Position numbers and translations under genes: made by a program
In this document: piece by piece, positions 1-9,649 of the stretch
Numbering within the stretch: the first letter of the stretch is position 1
Layout: every line of letters begins with the position of its first letter
The notes under the pieces: model-generated
What the model was told of the DNA's origin: nothing
The model's input: only the letters and a program-made list of their open reading frames with translations
The model's database searches: none
Source of the DNA: an uncultured Actinomycetota bacterium
GTDB lineage: Bacteria; Actinomycetota; Actinomycetes; JACCUZ01
Assembly: GCA_963697675.1 (NCBI GenBank)
Contig: CAVOOW010000006.1
Coordinates: 1,203,518-1,267,517 of the forward strand
Length of the DNA stretch: 64,000 nt
Direction of reading: 5' to 3'

Positions 1-1
1 G

Positions 2-502
2 GGCACCGGGTGGCCGTGGGCGCTGGCCGCCGTCGACCACGGACGCGCTCTGCTCGCCGCGCCCGGGGACGCGCCCGCGCTGTTCGAGAGCGCCTTGGCA
101 CATCACGCCCACCCTGGCGGCCGACCGTACGACCAGGCTCGGACCCACCTCGCATACGGGGAGTTCCTGCGCCGCAACCAGCGTCGCGTCGACGCGCGCA
201 CCCACCTGCGGGCAGCGTTGGAGACCTTCGAGGACCTGCGCGCGGAGCCGCTGGCCGCGCGAGCAACCCAGGAGCTTCGCGCCTCCGGGGAGACGGCCCG
301 CAAACGTGACCCGTCGACGCAGCTCAAGCTCACCCCGATGGAGCGCCAGGTCGCCGAGCTGGTAGGCCAAGGGATGTCGAACAAGGACGTCGCCGCCCAG
401 TGCTGGGTGTCGCACCGGACCGTCGCCTTCCACCTGCGCAACATCTTCACCAAGGCAGGAGTCACCTCCCGCGCCCAACTCGCCCAGCTCGACCTGGCAT
501 AG
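2..502 (+). CDS. LuxR-family transcriptional regulator, C-terminal fragment (gene continues upstream of window)
   Basis: Frame-2 translation is open from base 2 and ends in a LuxR-type HTH (LTPMERQVAELVGQGMSNKDVA...VSHRTVAFHLRNIFTKAGV). No start codon lies within the window. Confidence 0.7.
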   Translation, partial: GTGWPWALAAVDHGRALLAAPGDAPALFESALAHHAHPGGRPYDQARTHLAYGEFLRRNQRRVDARTHLRAALETFEDLRAEPLAARATQELRASGETARKRDPSTQLKLTPMERQVAELVGQGMSNKDVAAQCWVSHRTVAFHLRNIFTKAGVTSRAQLAQLDLA

Positions 503-563
503 CGGCAAAGGCCGGGACGAGTAGCACCATGGATGTGCCGCATCTTGTGGCCAGTCGCGATGA

Positions 564-1574
564 TCAGCGGACTTCAAGCACGGAGGGGCCAGCTGCTACC
601 AGCTCACCGACGACCGGGAACCCGGGGACTTCCCCTGCGATGAGCAGGCCGCCAGACGTCTGGGCGTCGGCGAGCAGCAGCAGCTCCTCCTCGGTGACGG
701 ATGACGTCAGACGCGGCCGCACCCAGTCGAGGTTGCGTCTGGTACCGCCGCTCACGAACCCGTCGCGTAACGCCTCGCGTGAATCGTCGAGGTAAGGCAC
801 TTTCGACGAGTCGACCACGGCGGTGAGTCCGCTTGCGCGGGCGAGCTTGAAGAGGTGGCCGAGCAACCCGAACCCGGTGACATCAGTGGCGCACCGGGCG
901 CCGAGAGCGAGCGCCAGCTCGGCGGCCTCCTTGTTCAGCGTCGTCATCGCGGCCACCGCCTGTGGGAAGTTCTCGCCTGTGGCCTTGTGCCGGCTGTTGA
1001 GGACGCCTATGCCGAGAGGTTTGGTCAGGGTCAGCGGTAGTCCCGCCACACCCGCGCTGTTGCGCAGCAACCGTTCGGGGTGAGCCAGGCCGGTGACCGC
1101 CATGCCGTATTTGGGTTCGGGGTCGTCGACGCTGTGGCCGCCCGCGAGATGGCATCCCGCGATCCGGGCGACCTCCGCACCGCCGCGCAGCACCTCGGCG
1201 GCAAGGCCGAGGGGCAGAACGTCGCGGGGCCACGACAGGAGGTTGACCGCCACCAACGGCATTCCGCCCATCGCGTAGACATCGGAGAAGGCGTTCGCGG
1301 CCGCGATTCGGCCCCAGTCATAGGCATCATCTACAACCGGGGTGAAGAAGTCTGCCGTCGCGACGACCGCTTGGTCACCGGAGATGCGCACGACCGCGCC
1401 GTCGTCACCATCCTCGAGGCCCACAAGTAACTCTCCGTGCCCGAAGATCTCGGACGGCAGTGGGCCTAGGTCGGCGACCATTTCTTCGAGCTCACCCGGC
1501 GGGATCTTGCACGCGCATCCGCCGCCATGGGCGTAGGACGTGAGACGACCAGCCGGTCGCTGTTCCCCGGTCAC
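564..1574 (-). CDS. selD: selenide, water dikinase (selenophosphate synthetase), Cys-type
   Basis: HGGGCACKIPP motif near the N-terminus and an AIR-synthase-like body. The ORF extends to 1661, but the GTG at 1574 gives an E. coli-like N-terminus. The active-site residue is Cys, not Sec. Confidence 0.8.
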   Translation of the reverse strand: MTGEQRPAGRLTSYAHGGGCACKIPPGELEEMVADLGPLPSEIFGHGELLVGLEDGDDGAVVRISGDQAVVATADFFTPVVDDAYDWGRIAAANAFSDVYAMGGMPLVAVNLLSWPRDVLPLGLAAEVLRGGAEVARIAGCHLAGGHSVDDPEPKYGMAVTGLAHPERLLRNSAGVAGLPLTLTKPLGIGVLNSRHKATGENFPQAVAAMTTLNKEAAELALALGARCATDVTGFGLLGHLFKLARASGLTAVVDSSKVPYLDDSREALRDGFVSGGTRRNLDWVRPRLTSSVTEEELLLLADAQTSGGLLIAGEVPGFPVVGELVAAGPSVLEVR

Positions 1575-1621
1575 CTCGTGACCATAACGCCGCTCGGCGG
1601 TCCCGGGACTGGAGATCTGTT

Positions 1622-2993
1622 TTGGCTCCCTTCGCGCTCTTCGACCAGTCCGCATGGGCACGTACAGTCTCTGTCGTGGCCACGGAGGCGCCCGGCAACG
1701 CCCACGACGCCCGAAGCGCTGTGCCCCGCACCGATCTCGTACTTGCCGACCCGCGTCTCAACGAGGCAATGCGGCGACTGGGTAGCACGACTGTCAAGGC
1801 GGCCGTCCACGAGGCCCAGGACCAGGCCCGCCGCGGCGACATCGCCGCCGCTGCAGTGGCTGATGCGGCCGTCGCCGCCCTCCCCGAGACCGCCTGCTCC
1901 ATGCAGCGGGTGATCAACGCCACGGGCGTGCTGCTGCATACGAACCTCGGTCGTGCCTCGTTGTCCCAGGCTGCCATCGACGCCATGGTGGCCTCCGCCG
2001 GGCCAACCGACATCGAGCTCGACCTCGCCACCGGGCGGCGGGCCGGGCGAGGCAGGGGGGCGCTGGCCGCGCTAGCCGCAGCCGTGCCGGACGCAGAGGC
2101 AGTGCATGTGGTCAACAACGGCGCCGCCGCACTTCTGCTGGCAGCGACGGTGCTCGCGCCCGGGAAGGAGATCATCGTCAGCCGCGGAGAACTGGTCGAG
2201 ATCGGCGACGGCTTCCGCATCCCGGATCTGCTGGCCAGCACGGGCGCGAGGCTGCGCGAGGTCGGCACCACCAACCGCACTACGTTGGCCGATTACGAAC
2301 AAGCGGTCGTGGCCGAGACCGGATTCGTGCTCAAGGTGCATCCCTCGAACTTCGTTGTGTCGGGCTTCACCTCGGCGGTACCGGTGGAGGCGCTGGCTGC
2401 GCTAGGGCCACCGTTGGTGTGCGACATCGGCTCCGGGCTGCTGGCCAGGAACCCGGACCTGCCGGACGAGCCGGACGCCAGAACCACGCTGCGGGCCGGC
2501 GCTGCACTGGTCACTGCGAGCGGCGACAAGCTGCTTGGTGGCCCGCAGTGCGGCCTGCTTTTCGGCCGCGCCGAGATCGTGGAAACCCTCCGCCGTCACC
2601 CGGTGGCCCGCGCGCTCCGGGTCGACAAGCTGACGTTAGCGGCTCTTGAGGCGACGCTGCGGGGTCCGACGACACCAACCGCGTTGGCGCTGGTCTCGAC
2701 CTACAGGCGATCTGTATGACCGGGCCGAGCGCCTGGCGGCCGCGCTCAATGGCGCGGGCCATGACGCCGTCGCTGTCGAAACGGAGGCGGGCGTCGGCGG
2801 CGGAGGCGCGCCGGGGGTGATCCTGCGCAGCGCTGCCGTCAGCCTGCCCGAGACCTACGCTGCTCGGCTGCGCTCGCACCGGCCGGCCGTACTCGGGCGC
2901 CTCCGATTCGGTCGGTGCTTCCTCGACCTGTACGCCGTGCCGCCCGGTGACGATCAAGCCATGCTCGAGGCGGTCATGACATGCCGGACGTGA
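1622..2993 (+). CDS. selA: L-seryl-tRNA(Sec) selenium transferase, apparently frameshifted near 2695-2720
   Basis: The N-terminal 365 aa (1622-2719) contain RVINATGVLLHTNLGRA. The SelA C-terminal domain (DLYDRAERLAAAL...GGGGAPGVILRS...FLDLYAVPPGDDQAMLEAV) continues in the +1 frame to 2993. Combined length is ~457 aa, about that of E. coli SelA. Confidence 0.7.
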
Positions 2994-3075
2994 CGCAGGC
3001 CCGCCTGCTCAGCGCACACGTCCGAGCAGGATCCGGTCGCCAGATTCGGGACACTGCCTGGCTACGATCGGGCAT

Positions 3076-3171
3076 GGAGGCGTGTGTGTTCCTGGTGGGC
3101 GCCCCGGTCTTCAACACCGGTGAGCGGCGGCATCCGTCGCTGGCGGGTTCGATTCCCGTCCGCCTCCGCCA
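3076..3171 (+). tRNA. selC: tRNA-Sec (anticodon UCA)
   Basis: 96 nt including a 3' GCCA. GGAGGCG/CGCCTCC acceptor stem, anticodon stem CCGGT/ACCGG with loop CUUCAAC (UCA at 3111-3113), an 8-bp long variable arm and a T-loop TTCGATT. It lies between selA and selB. Confidence 0.85.
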
Positions 3172-3259
3172 CGCCCATTCGCGGCCCTCGAACCAGGCCT
3201 GTTGGACCGCACCCCATGTCGTCATCGGACGCCGAACGCGTCAGAGCCGTGATGCTCTT

Positions 3260-5017
3260 ATGCACGTCATAGCCACTGCCGGGCATGTCGACCATGGCAA
3301 GTCCACGCTGGTGCGTGCGCTGACCGGGATGGAGCCCGACCGCTGGGCCGAGGAGCGGCGCCGTGGCCTGACCATCGACCTCGGGTACGCCTGGACGACG
3401 CTTCGATCCGGCGAAACCCTCGCGTTCGTCGACGTACCGGGTCACCAACGCTTCATTGCCAACACCCTGGCCGGCATTGGCCCAGCTCCCGCGGTGCTCT
3501 TCGTGGTCGCCGCCGACCAAGGCTGGCGCCAGCAGTCCGAGGAGCATCTCGGCGCCGTCGACGCCCTAGCTATCACCCATGGGCTGCTCGCCGTCACGCG
3601 CTGCGACCTCGCCGATCCAGAGCCGACCATGATCGAGGCGCTCGAGATCTTGGCGCAGTCAAGTTTGGGCGAGGTCGAGGCGGTCGCTGTTTCCGGCTCG
3701 ACCGGAGTTGGGCTCGACGAGCTCCGAGCCGCCCTCGGTCGACTTGTGGCGCGACTGCCTGCACCCGAGGCCTCGGGCCGCGTCCGGCTGTGGATAGACC
3801 GCGCCTTTACCATCCGCGGCAGCGGCGTCGTGGTCACGGGCACGCTCGGCGCCGGTCGCCTCCGAGCCGGTGACGAGTTGCAGCTTCGCGACAGGATCGT
3901 ACGAGTGCGCGGCCTGCAGTGCCTGGGCCGGCCGAGCACTGAGGTCTCCGCAGTCGCCAGAGTCGCGGTCAACCTGCGCGACGTCGCCCTCGACGACGTG
4001 CGGAGAGGCGACGCACTCCTCACACCCGGCGCCTGGCGGACGACCAGAGAGCTCGACGTCCGGATGTCGCGAAACCCACGTGACATGCCTGGCGAGCAGT
4101 TGCTGCATCTAGGAACCGCCGCGCTACCCGTCCACCTGCGACCCCTCGGAAGTGACACCGCACGACTGATCCTGCGCGACGAAGTCGCGCTCGGGACAGG
4201 TGATCGAGGTGTGCTGCGTTCACCTGCCACGCCGGTGACCGGTGCGGGCGTGCTCATTCTCGACGCGGACCCGCCAGCTATCCGCCGACGTGGCGCGGCC
4301 CGCGCTCGGGCCGCTGCTCTCGAGCAGGCGACCGGCCTGCTCGAGCTCGCGGCCGAGGTCGAGCGGCGAGGAGCTGTCCGGCGAGCCGAGCTGGTTGCCC
4401 TTGGAGTGCCGCTCGACGACGTCGAGGAAGTTCATGTCGCCGGCGACTGGTTGGTCGCACGTCGCCAGTGGGCGGAATGGTGCCAGGCACTTGGGGAGGC
4501 GGTGGACACCCACGCGCGCAACGAACCTCTTGCGACAGGCCTGCCGCACGAGGCTGCCCGCCGAGCGTTGGCGTTACCTGATATCCGACTACTTCAACCG
4601 CTTCTGGAATCGACCGGGTTGGAGAGCGCCGACGGCCGGGTCCGTCGCCCGGGGACGGTACCCCGGTTGGGGGCAGCCGAGTCCGGGCTGCAACAACTCG
4701 AGCAACGGCTATCCGTCGACGCATTCGATGCTCCCGAGCGGCACGACATCGAGGCCCTCGGCCTTGGCCCGCGAGAACTCGCAGCCGCAGCGGGCGCCGG
4801 GCGCATCCTGCGCCTCCCCGGCGAGGTTGTGCTCCTCCCTGATACGCCGGCGCGCGCGATGCGGATTCTTGCCGAGCTCTCGCAACCGTTCACGACCAGT
4901 GCCGCCCGCCAGTCGCTCGGCGCGACCCGACGGGTGACAATTCCGCTGCTCGAACACCTTGACGGCCTGGGGTGGACGCGACGCCTCGACGCGTCGCGCC
5001 GGGAAGTCGTCCGGTGA
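3260..5017 (+). CDS. selB: selenocysteine-specific elongation factor
   Basis: Starts [17 protein letters not shown] (GTPase P-loop), ~585 aa with C-terminal winged-helix-like region. The ORF's in-frame upstream extension overlaps the tRNA-Sec and was trimmed. Confidence 0.85.
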   Translation: MHVIATAGHVDHGKSTLVRALTGMEPDRWAEERRRGLTIDLGYAWTTLRSGETLAFVDVPGHQRFIANTLAGIGPAPAVLFVVAADQGWRQQSEEHLGAVDALAITHGLLAVTRCDLADPEPTMIEALEILAQSSLGEVEAVAVSGSTGVGLDELRAALGRLVARLPAPEASGRVRLWIDRAFTIRGSGVVVTGTLGAGRLRAGDELQLRDRIVRVRGLQCLGRPSTEVSAVARVAVNLRDVALDDVRRGDALLTPGAWRTTRELDVRMSRNPRDMPGEQLLHLGTAALPVHLRPLGSDTARLILRDEVALGTGDRGVLRSPATPVTGAGVLILDADPPAIRRRGAARARAAALEQATGLLELAAEVERRGAVRRAELVALGVPLDDVEEVHVAGDWLVARRQWAEWCQALGEAVDTHARNEPLATGLPHEAARRALALPDIRLLQPLLESTGLESADGRVRRPGTVPRLGAAESGLQQLEQRLSVDAFDAPERHDIEALGLGPRELAAAAGAGRILRLPGEVVLLPDTPARAMRILAELSQPFTTSAARQSLGATRRVTIPLLEHLDGLGWTRRLDASRREVVR

Positions 5018-5041
5018 CGTCGCGAGCCCTATCGGCGGCTG

Positions 5042-5929
5042 TTAGCCCTCAAGGAAGACGCCGTTGCGCTCGCGTCCCATCATGGCGTAGCCGAGGTTGG
5101 TGTTCGCTGCGTGGGACTTGAAGCTGAACCCAAGTCCGGATCCACTGAACGACCCAGTCGAACGCGCGCGAGCGAAACTGCCTAAGAACGCCGCCGGGTC
5201 GGTGGGCGGCACGGTGGAGCCCTTGCCGCGAGGTTGCCGGTGCTCGATGGCCTCCCACTTGACAGTGAAACTGACGGTCGCGGGAACCATGTTCGGTCCC
5301 CCGAACTGGAAGCTGTCGATGACCGAAACATCGCGGGCTTCCAGGGTCGCGCGTCGCCCGTCATGACTCACCTTGAAGGCGTCCTGGGGGATCGGAACCA
5401 CCCAGAACAACCCTGACGGCTGAACGCCACCGTTGTAGTCGTGCACCTGAGAGCCCGAACCGGGCTCGAAGAGATCAATTCAAACGAAACCGAATGCGCC
5501 GTGTTGCGCCGTGCCGTCCGCGGCGATGTAGCGCCCACGGAAGGCACGCATGTCGGTCTCCAGGTTGTACTGCTTGCCGTCGCTACCCGTGGCCGTCCCG
5601 GCGTGGAAGGCCAGGCTGGTGAAACCGGATCGGTCGGTGATAGCGCTGGGGTCAACGTCTAGACCCTGCAGCGTGAGCCCGCTGTATGGCAACGTGATCT
5701 CCGGTGACCCCGGCGCCCAGACGTGTATCCCGGGTAGCCCGGGGTCGAAACCGCCAGGGATCGGCTGCGGCTGCGGCAAAACGCCGCTCCGTTCGTGAGC
5801 CTGCGCGGGAGTGGCGACGCCAACGCTGGATCCAACAACCGCCGCGGCACCGGCAAACGCTCCGTACTTCAGGACGTCTCTGCGGCCTGGCTTGTCTGGG
5901 GATACCCCGGCATTTGCGCTGACACCCAT
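5042..5929 (-). CDS. Tat-signal secreted protein of unknown family with in-frame TGA (candidate selenoprotein; Sec codon at 5480-5482)
   Basis: Two same-frame ORFs (5480..6145 and 5042..5446) are separated only by TGA. GGAGGG SD lies 4 nt before the ATG at 5929; twin-arginine signal (SPDKPGRRDVLKYGAFAGAAAVV...ATPAQA). GC3 is high on both sides of the TGA; a hairpin follows 12 nt downstream. Confidence 0.5.
5451..5467 (-). promoter_or_regulatory. candidate SECIS-like hairpin (GAGCCCG-GUU-CGGGCUC) 12 nt downstream of the in-frame UGA
   Basis: Perfect 7-bp GC-rich stem with G/U-containing apical loop inside the coding sequence. Its position matches where bacterial SECIS elements sit. Confidence 0.4.
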
Positions 5930-6382
5930 ATCGCCCTCCGGCGTAGGACGGCCGCTCATCAGGGCGACCGCGAGGGGTTGCGACGCCTTCAGAGTTCTCC
6001 TGGCGCCGGGGGGTGTCAAGGCCCTGGCGACGGCGGCCGGAAGGTTCAGCGTCGTAACCGGCATAGCTCGCCTTTTGGCGCGGACCCGGGCAACCCAGCC
6101 ACGGCGTGCAGCACGTGAGAGCGTTCTCGGCCACGTCCACGGCATTCAAGGAGAAAGACGCCTGATACATCTGTTCGCGGGCGCTCCCGTGTGTTGCTCT
6201 TGACTCGTACCGGCACCTGCTGGCATGGAGTCTGGTCGCGTTGGGGTGATGGAATCGGCGGCCTGCACGGGGCTCTCAGGTGCGATCACTTCGGGCCGGG
6301 CTCTGCGATGAGCGGCCACTCTCGCTACCCGAGTCGACGGATCAACGTGACATCGGATCCAGGAGCCTTTGCGGGAGGACAC

Positions 6383-7513
6383 GTGACTTACGAACGGGCG
6401 CTGACGGACGTTGTAGATGAAGTGATAGCACCCGGTGCCGTCGAGGTGGATCGCTCCGGGTCGTTCCCCCGCCGCCAGATCGAGGCGCTGGGGGCGGCAG
6501 GACTGCTGGGCCTGACCGTGCCCGCGGAGTTGGGCGGTGGTGGGCAAGGGATGCGGGCCGCGGCAATTGTCGTCCGCGAGTTGGGAGCCGCGTGCGGCTC
6601 GACGGCCATGATCGTGATGATGCACTACAGCGCGACCGCGGCCCTGGTTGCTGGAAACCGACAGGAAACGTTGCGTGAGATTGCCACCGGCCGGCATCTG
6701 ACGACGTTGGCGTTTTCCGAGTTTGGCTCCCGGAGTCACTTTTGGGCCCCGGTCAGCACCGCGACGGCTGAGGGCGACGACGTGCTGCTTGATGCACAGA
6801 AGAGCTGGGTGACGGCTGCCGGGGAGGCCGACAGCTACGTCTGGTCCAGCCGGCCGCTTGCCGTCGCCGGGCCGATGACGTTGTGGCTTGTCCCGTCCAA
6901 CGCTGAAGGTCTGCGTGTGCCGTCACCCTTTGACGGGCTCGGGCTTCGCGGGAATGCGTCATCCCCGGTGACGGCCGACGGTGTCCGCGTGAAATCTGCA
7001 GCGATGCTCGGTGCTGACGGTGCAGGATTGGATCTTGCGTTGTCGACAGTGCTCCCACTTTTCCTTGTCCTGAACGCGTCGGCCAGCGTCGGCCTGATGA
7101 AAGCCGTAGCCGCCGAGACCGCCGAGCACTTGCAGAAAACTCAGTTACAGCACCTCTCGCAGTCGTTGGCGCAGCAGGCCGGACCGAGGGCGCATCTGGC
7201 GCAGCTGCGCATCGAAGCCGACCGCAGCCGTGCGTTTGTCGATGACACCATCACCGCGGTGGAGGACGGTCGCCAAGACGCGATGGTCCAGGTGCTGGGA
7301 GTAAAGGCCGCGGCGGCTGAGGCCGCCGCGTATGCGGCCGACCTCGCGCTGCGCGCATGCGGTGGGTCGGCGTTCCGCAAGGAGTCACCAATCGAACGCC
7401 GGTTCCGCGACTCGCGGGCCGCGCGAGTCATGGCCCCGACGACGGAAGCGTTGCACGACTTCGTCGGTCGGGTCCTGTGCGGACTTCCGCTGCTCGATGA
7501 AGCGCCGGCGTGA
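6383..7513 (+). CDS. acyl-CoA dehydrogenase family protein
   Basis: ACAD-like sequence (C-terminal ...GGSAFRKESPIERRFRDSRAARVMAPT). GTG start with GGGAGG SD. Its stop overlaps the start of the next gene. Confidence 0.7.
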   Translation: MTYERALTDVVDEVIAPGAVEVDRSGSFPRRQIEALGAAGLLGLTVPAELGGGGQGMRAAAIVVRELGAACGSTAMIVMMHYSATAALVAGNRQETLREIATGRHLTTLAFSEFGSRSHFWAPVSTATAEGDDVLLDAQKSWVTAAGEADSYVWSSRPLAVAGPMTLWLVPSNAEGLRVPSPFDGLGLRGNASSPVTADGVRVKSAAMLGADGAGLDLALSTVLPLFLVLNASASVGLMKAVAAETAEHLQKTQLQHLSQSLAQQAGPRAHLAQLRIEADRSRAFVDDTITAVEDGRQDAMVQVLGVKAAAAEAAAYAADLALRACGGSAFRKESPIERRFRDSRAARVMAPTTEALHDFVGRVLCGLPLLDEAPA

Positions 7514-8367
7514 CCGCCCCGTTCACGCTGGCAGCCGTCGCCTACGACCCGAAGGTCGTGACCATCTGGGACGGTTTCCGCCACTGGCTGCTCGGTCAGG
7601 GCATCGAGTTTGACTATGTCCTGTACTCGAACTATGAACGCCAAGTCATCGCCCTGCTCGAGGGCAGGGTCGACGTGGCATGGAATTCCCCACTCGCCTG
7701 GGTGCGCTCCCGTCGCCTCGCAGAAACCCGACACGTTCCGGTGCGACCGGTGGCCATGCGCGACACCGACTGTGGACTTACGTCGGTTGTCGTGGTTCGG
7801 GGGGACTCGACGGTGGAATCCGTGCCACAGCTACGCGGCCTGGCGGTGGCCACCGGTGCGATCGACTCGCCCCAGGCCACGCTCCTGCCTTTGTCCCTGC
7901 TGCGCGCCGCCGGGCTACAGCCGTACGTCGATGTCCAGGTCCATCGGTTTGACGTAGGTGTGGGGCTCCATGGTGACCACATCGGCGGCGAACGAGACGC
8001 CGCACGCGCACTCGCGGCCGGCGACGTCGACGCAGCATGCATCTCGGATTCGAGCCTGCTCCTGTTGGCTCAGGAGGGAACGCTGCCATCCGGCTCGGTC
8101 AGAGTCGTCGGGCAAACCGCACCGTATGACCACTGCAACATGACCGCTGGGCCATCGGCCGACTCGGATCTGCTCCAAAGGTTCTGCGAGCTCCTATTCA
8201 GCATGTCCTATGCCGACCCGAAACTGCGACCGCTGTTGGACCTCGAAGGTCTCAAGGAGTGGCGGCGCCCACGTACCGAGGGCTACAACGCGCTCGAGCG
8301 CGCCGTCGACGAGGCGTCCTTCTACGACACTCGGGGAGAAATTCGTGCAGACGAGTATCGACCTTGA
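7510..8367 (+). CDS. PhnD/SsuA-like substrate-binding-fold protein without signal peptide
   Basis: Periplasmic-binding-protein type II fold sequence; no N-terminal signal or lipobox. Translationally coupled to its neighbours. Confidence 0.55.
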   Translation: MTAPFTLAAVAYDPKVVTIWDGFRHWLLGQGIEFDYVLYSNYERQVIALLEGRVDVAWNSPLAWVRSRRLAETRHVPVRPVAMRDTDCGLTSVVVVRGDSTVESVPQLRGLAVATGAIDSPQATLLPLSLLRAAGLQPYVDVQVHRFDVGVGLHGDHIGGERDAARALAAGDVDAACISDSSLLLLAQEGTLPSGSVRVVGQTAPYDHCNMTAGPSADSDLLQRFCELLFSMSYADPKLRPLLDLEGLKEWRRPRTEGYNALERAVDEASFYDTRGEIRADEYRP

Positions 8368-9523
8368 CCAGCTCGGACTGGACGGCGGCGGGCAGCTGCT
8401 GCTCAGCCGGGCGCTCGCGGGCCTTCCCACCGGTTCGCGTCTCGCCGTTCGTGGCAAACACCCAGCACTCCGGGTGCACCTGGCAGCCTGGTGCCGCGCA
8501 CAGGGTCACGCCTTTCATGACAGCCCGGAGCGACCCGCGATAGTAAAGGGCACAGCGCAGGACAGTCGCTGGCGTGGCGCCGCGCGCGCCGGTGATCCAT
8601 TCGGACCACCGGACGCGCACGCCGACAAGCACTGGGGCCTTGCCGCCCGCGGTGCTCTGGTCGAACCCGGGGGACCCCCGCTCGTCACCGACCTGGTCGA
8701 CCGGGAATGGGTCTGGGCCGACATCGCACCACGGTTGTACGCGGCCGCGGCAGCCGGCCAATGGGATCCGACAGCCGCCGTGGACTGGATGGCACCGCTG
8801 ACGATCCCAGATGACATCGAGACGGCCACCGTCCAGATCATGACGTTCCTGGTCGAAAACGAGCAGGCAGCCTTGATCATCCCCGCACGCCTGCTCGGCC
8901 GGCTCCACCCTCATTTCCGTGAAGTGATGCAGCTCCTCGCTGTTCAGGCAGCCGATGAGGCGCGCCACGTCGAAGTCTTCACCCGTCGTGCGCTGTTGCA
9001 CCGCGAGGAGATGGGGGTATCCGGGGCAGGCGGCCGCGCATCCTTGCAAACGCTGCTCGACGAGCCGGACTTCACCCTTTCGGCCTTCCTGCTGTCAGTG
9101 CTCGGGGAGGGCACGTTCCTCGACCTCCTACGGTTCCTGCACCAGTACGCGCCCGATCCCATCACCGCCCGAATCGCCAGGCTGGTTCTACAGGACGAGG
9201 CGCGCCACGTTGCCTTCGGCGTTGCCCACACCGCCCACGTCGCGCGCGCCGACCCCGCCTTCCTTGGCCGGTTGCGCACCGCTGTGGAACGACGTCACTC
9301 CACGCTGCTCGACACCGCGGGACTGAACCAAGACGTGCGCGACTCCCTCGTCATCGTCGCGGCTGGGTCCTGGACACCCGACGCAGTCAGCCACGGCTGG
9401 AACGCAGTCCAGCAGCTGCAACGAGCCATGGACGAGGGGCGTCGGCGCCGACTCGCCCACATCGGGTTCCCACCAGATGAGGCCGCTGAACTATCCGCAA
9501 TGCACACCCGCAACTTCATGTGA
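8345..9523 (+). CDS. DUF2249-like (TusA-fold) N-terminal domain fused to ferritin-like diiron-carboxylate domain
   Basis: Two DEARH (E-x2-H) motifs (DEARHVEVF and QDEARHVAFG) typical of diiron carboxylate proteins. N-terminal ~70 aa resemble DUF2249. GTG start with GGGAGA SD overlaps the upstream gene. Confidence 0.55.
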   Translation: MQTSIDLDQLGLDGGGQLLLSRALAGLPTGSRLAVRGKHPALRVHLAAWCRAQGHAFHDSPERPAIVKGTAQDSRWRGAARAGDPFGPPDAHADKHWGLAARGALVEPGGPPLVTDLVDREWVWADIAPRLYAAAAAGQWDPTAAVDWMAPLTIPDDIETATVQIMTFLVENEQAALIIPARLLGRLHPHFREVMQLLAVQAADEARHVEVFTRRALLHREEMGVSGAGGRASLQTLLDEPDFTLSAFLLSVLGEGTFLDLLRFLHQYAPDPITARIARLVLQDEARHVAFGVAHTAHVARADPAFLGRLRTAVERRHSTLLDTAGLNQDVRDSLVIVAAGSWTPDAVSHGWNAVQQLQRAMDEGRRRRLAHIGFPPDEAAELSAMHTRNFM

Positions 9524-9649
9524 CGTCCGTTTCCAAGCGTCGGACAAGGCCTTGGCTGGCTGGGCTCGACGTCATCGGTCCTACGCATTACCTCCCGTGG
9601 AGACTGACAGCAGCCGGTGCTCGGCGTACCTTCACGGCGAGGAGGAGTC

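Noticed and set aside
2981-3259. N-terminal 93-codon extension of the selB ORF, and the antisense ORF 2974..3225
   Set aside because: They overlap the tRNA-Sec gene. SelB homology begins at [16 protein letters not shown] (ATG at 3260), as in E. coli SelB.
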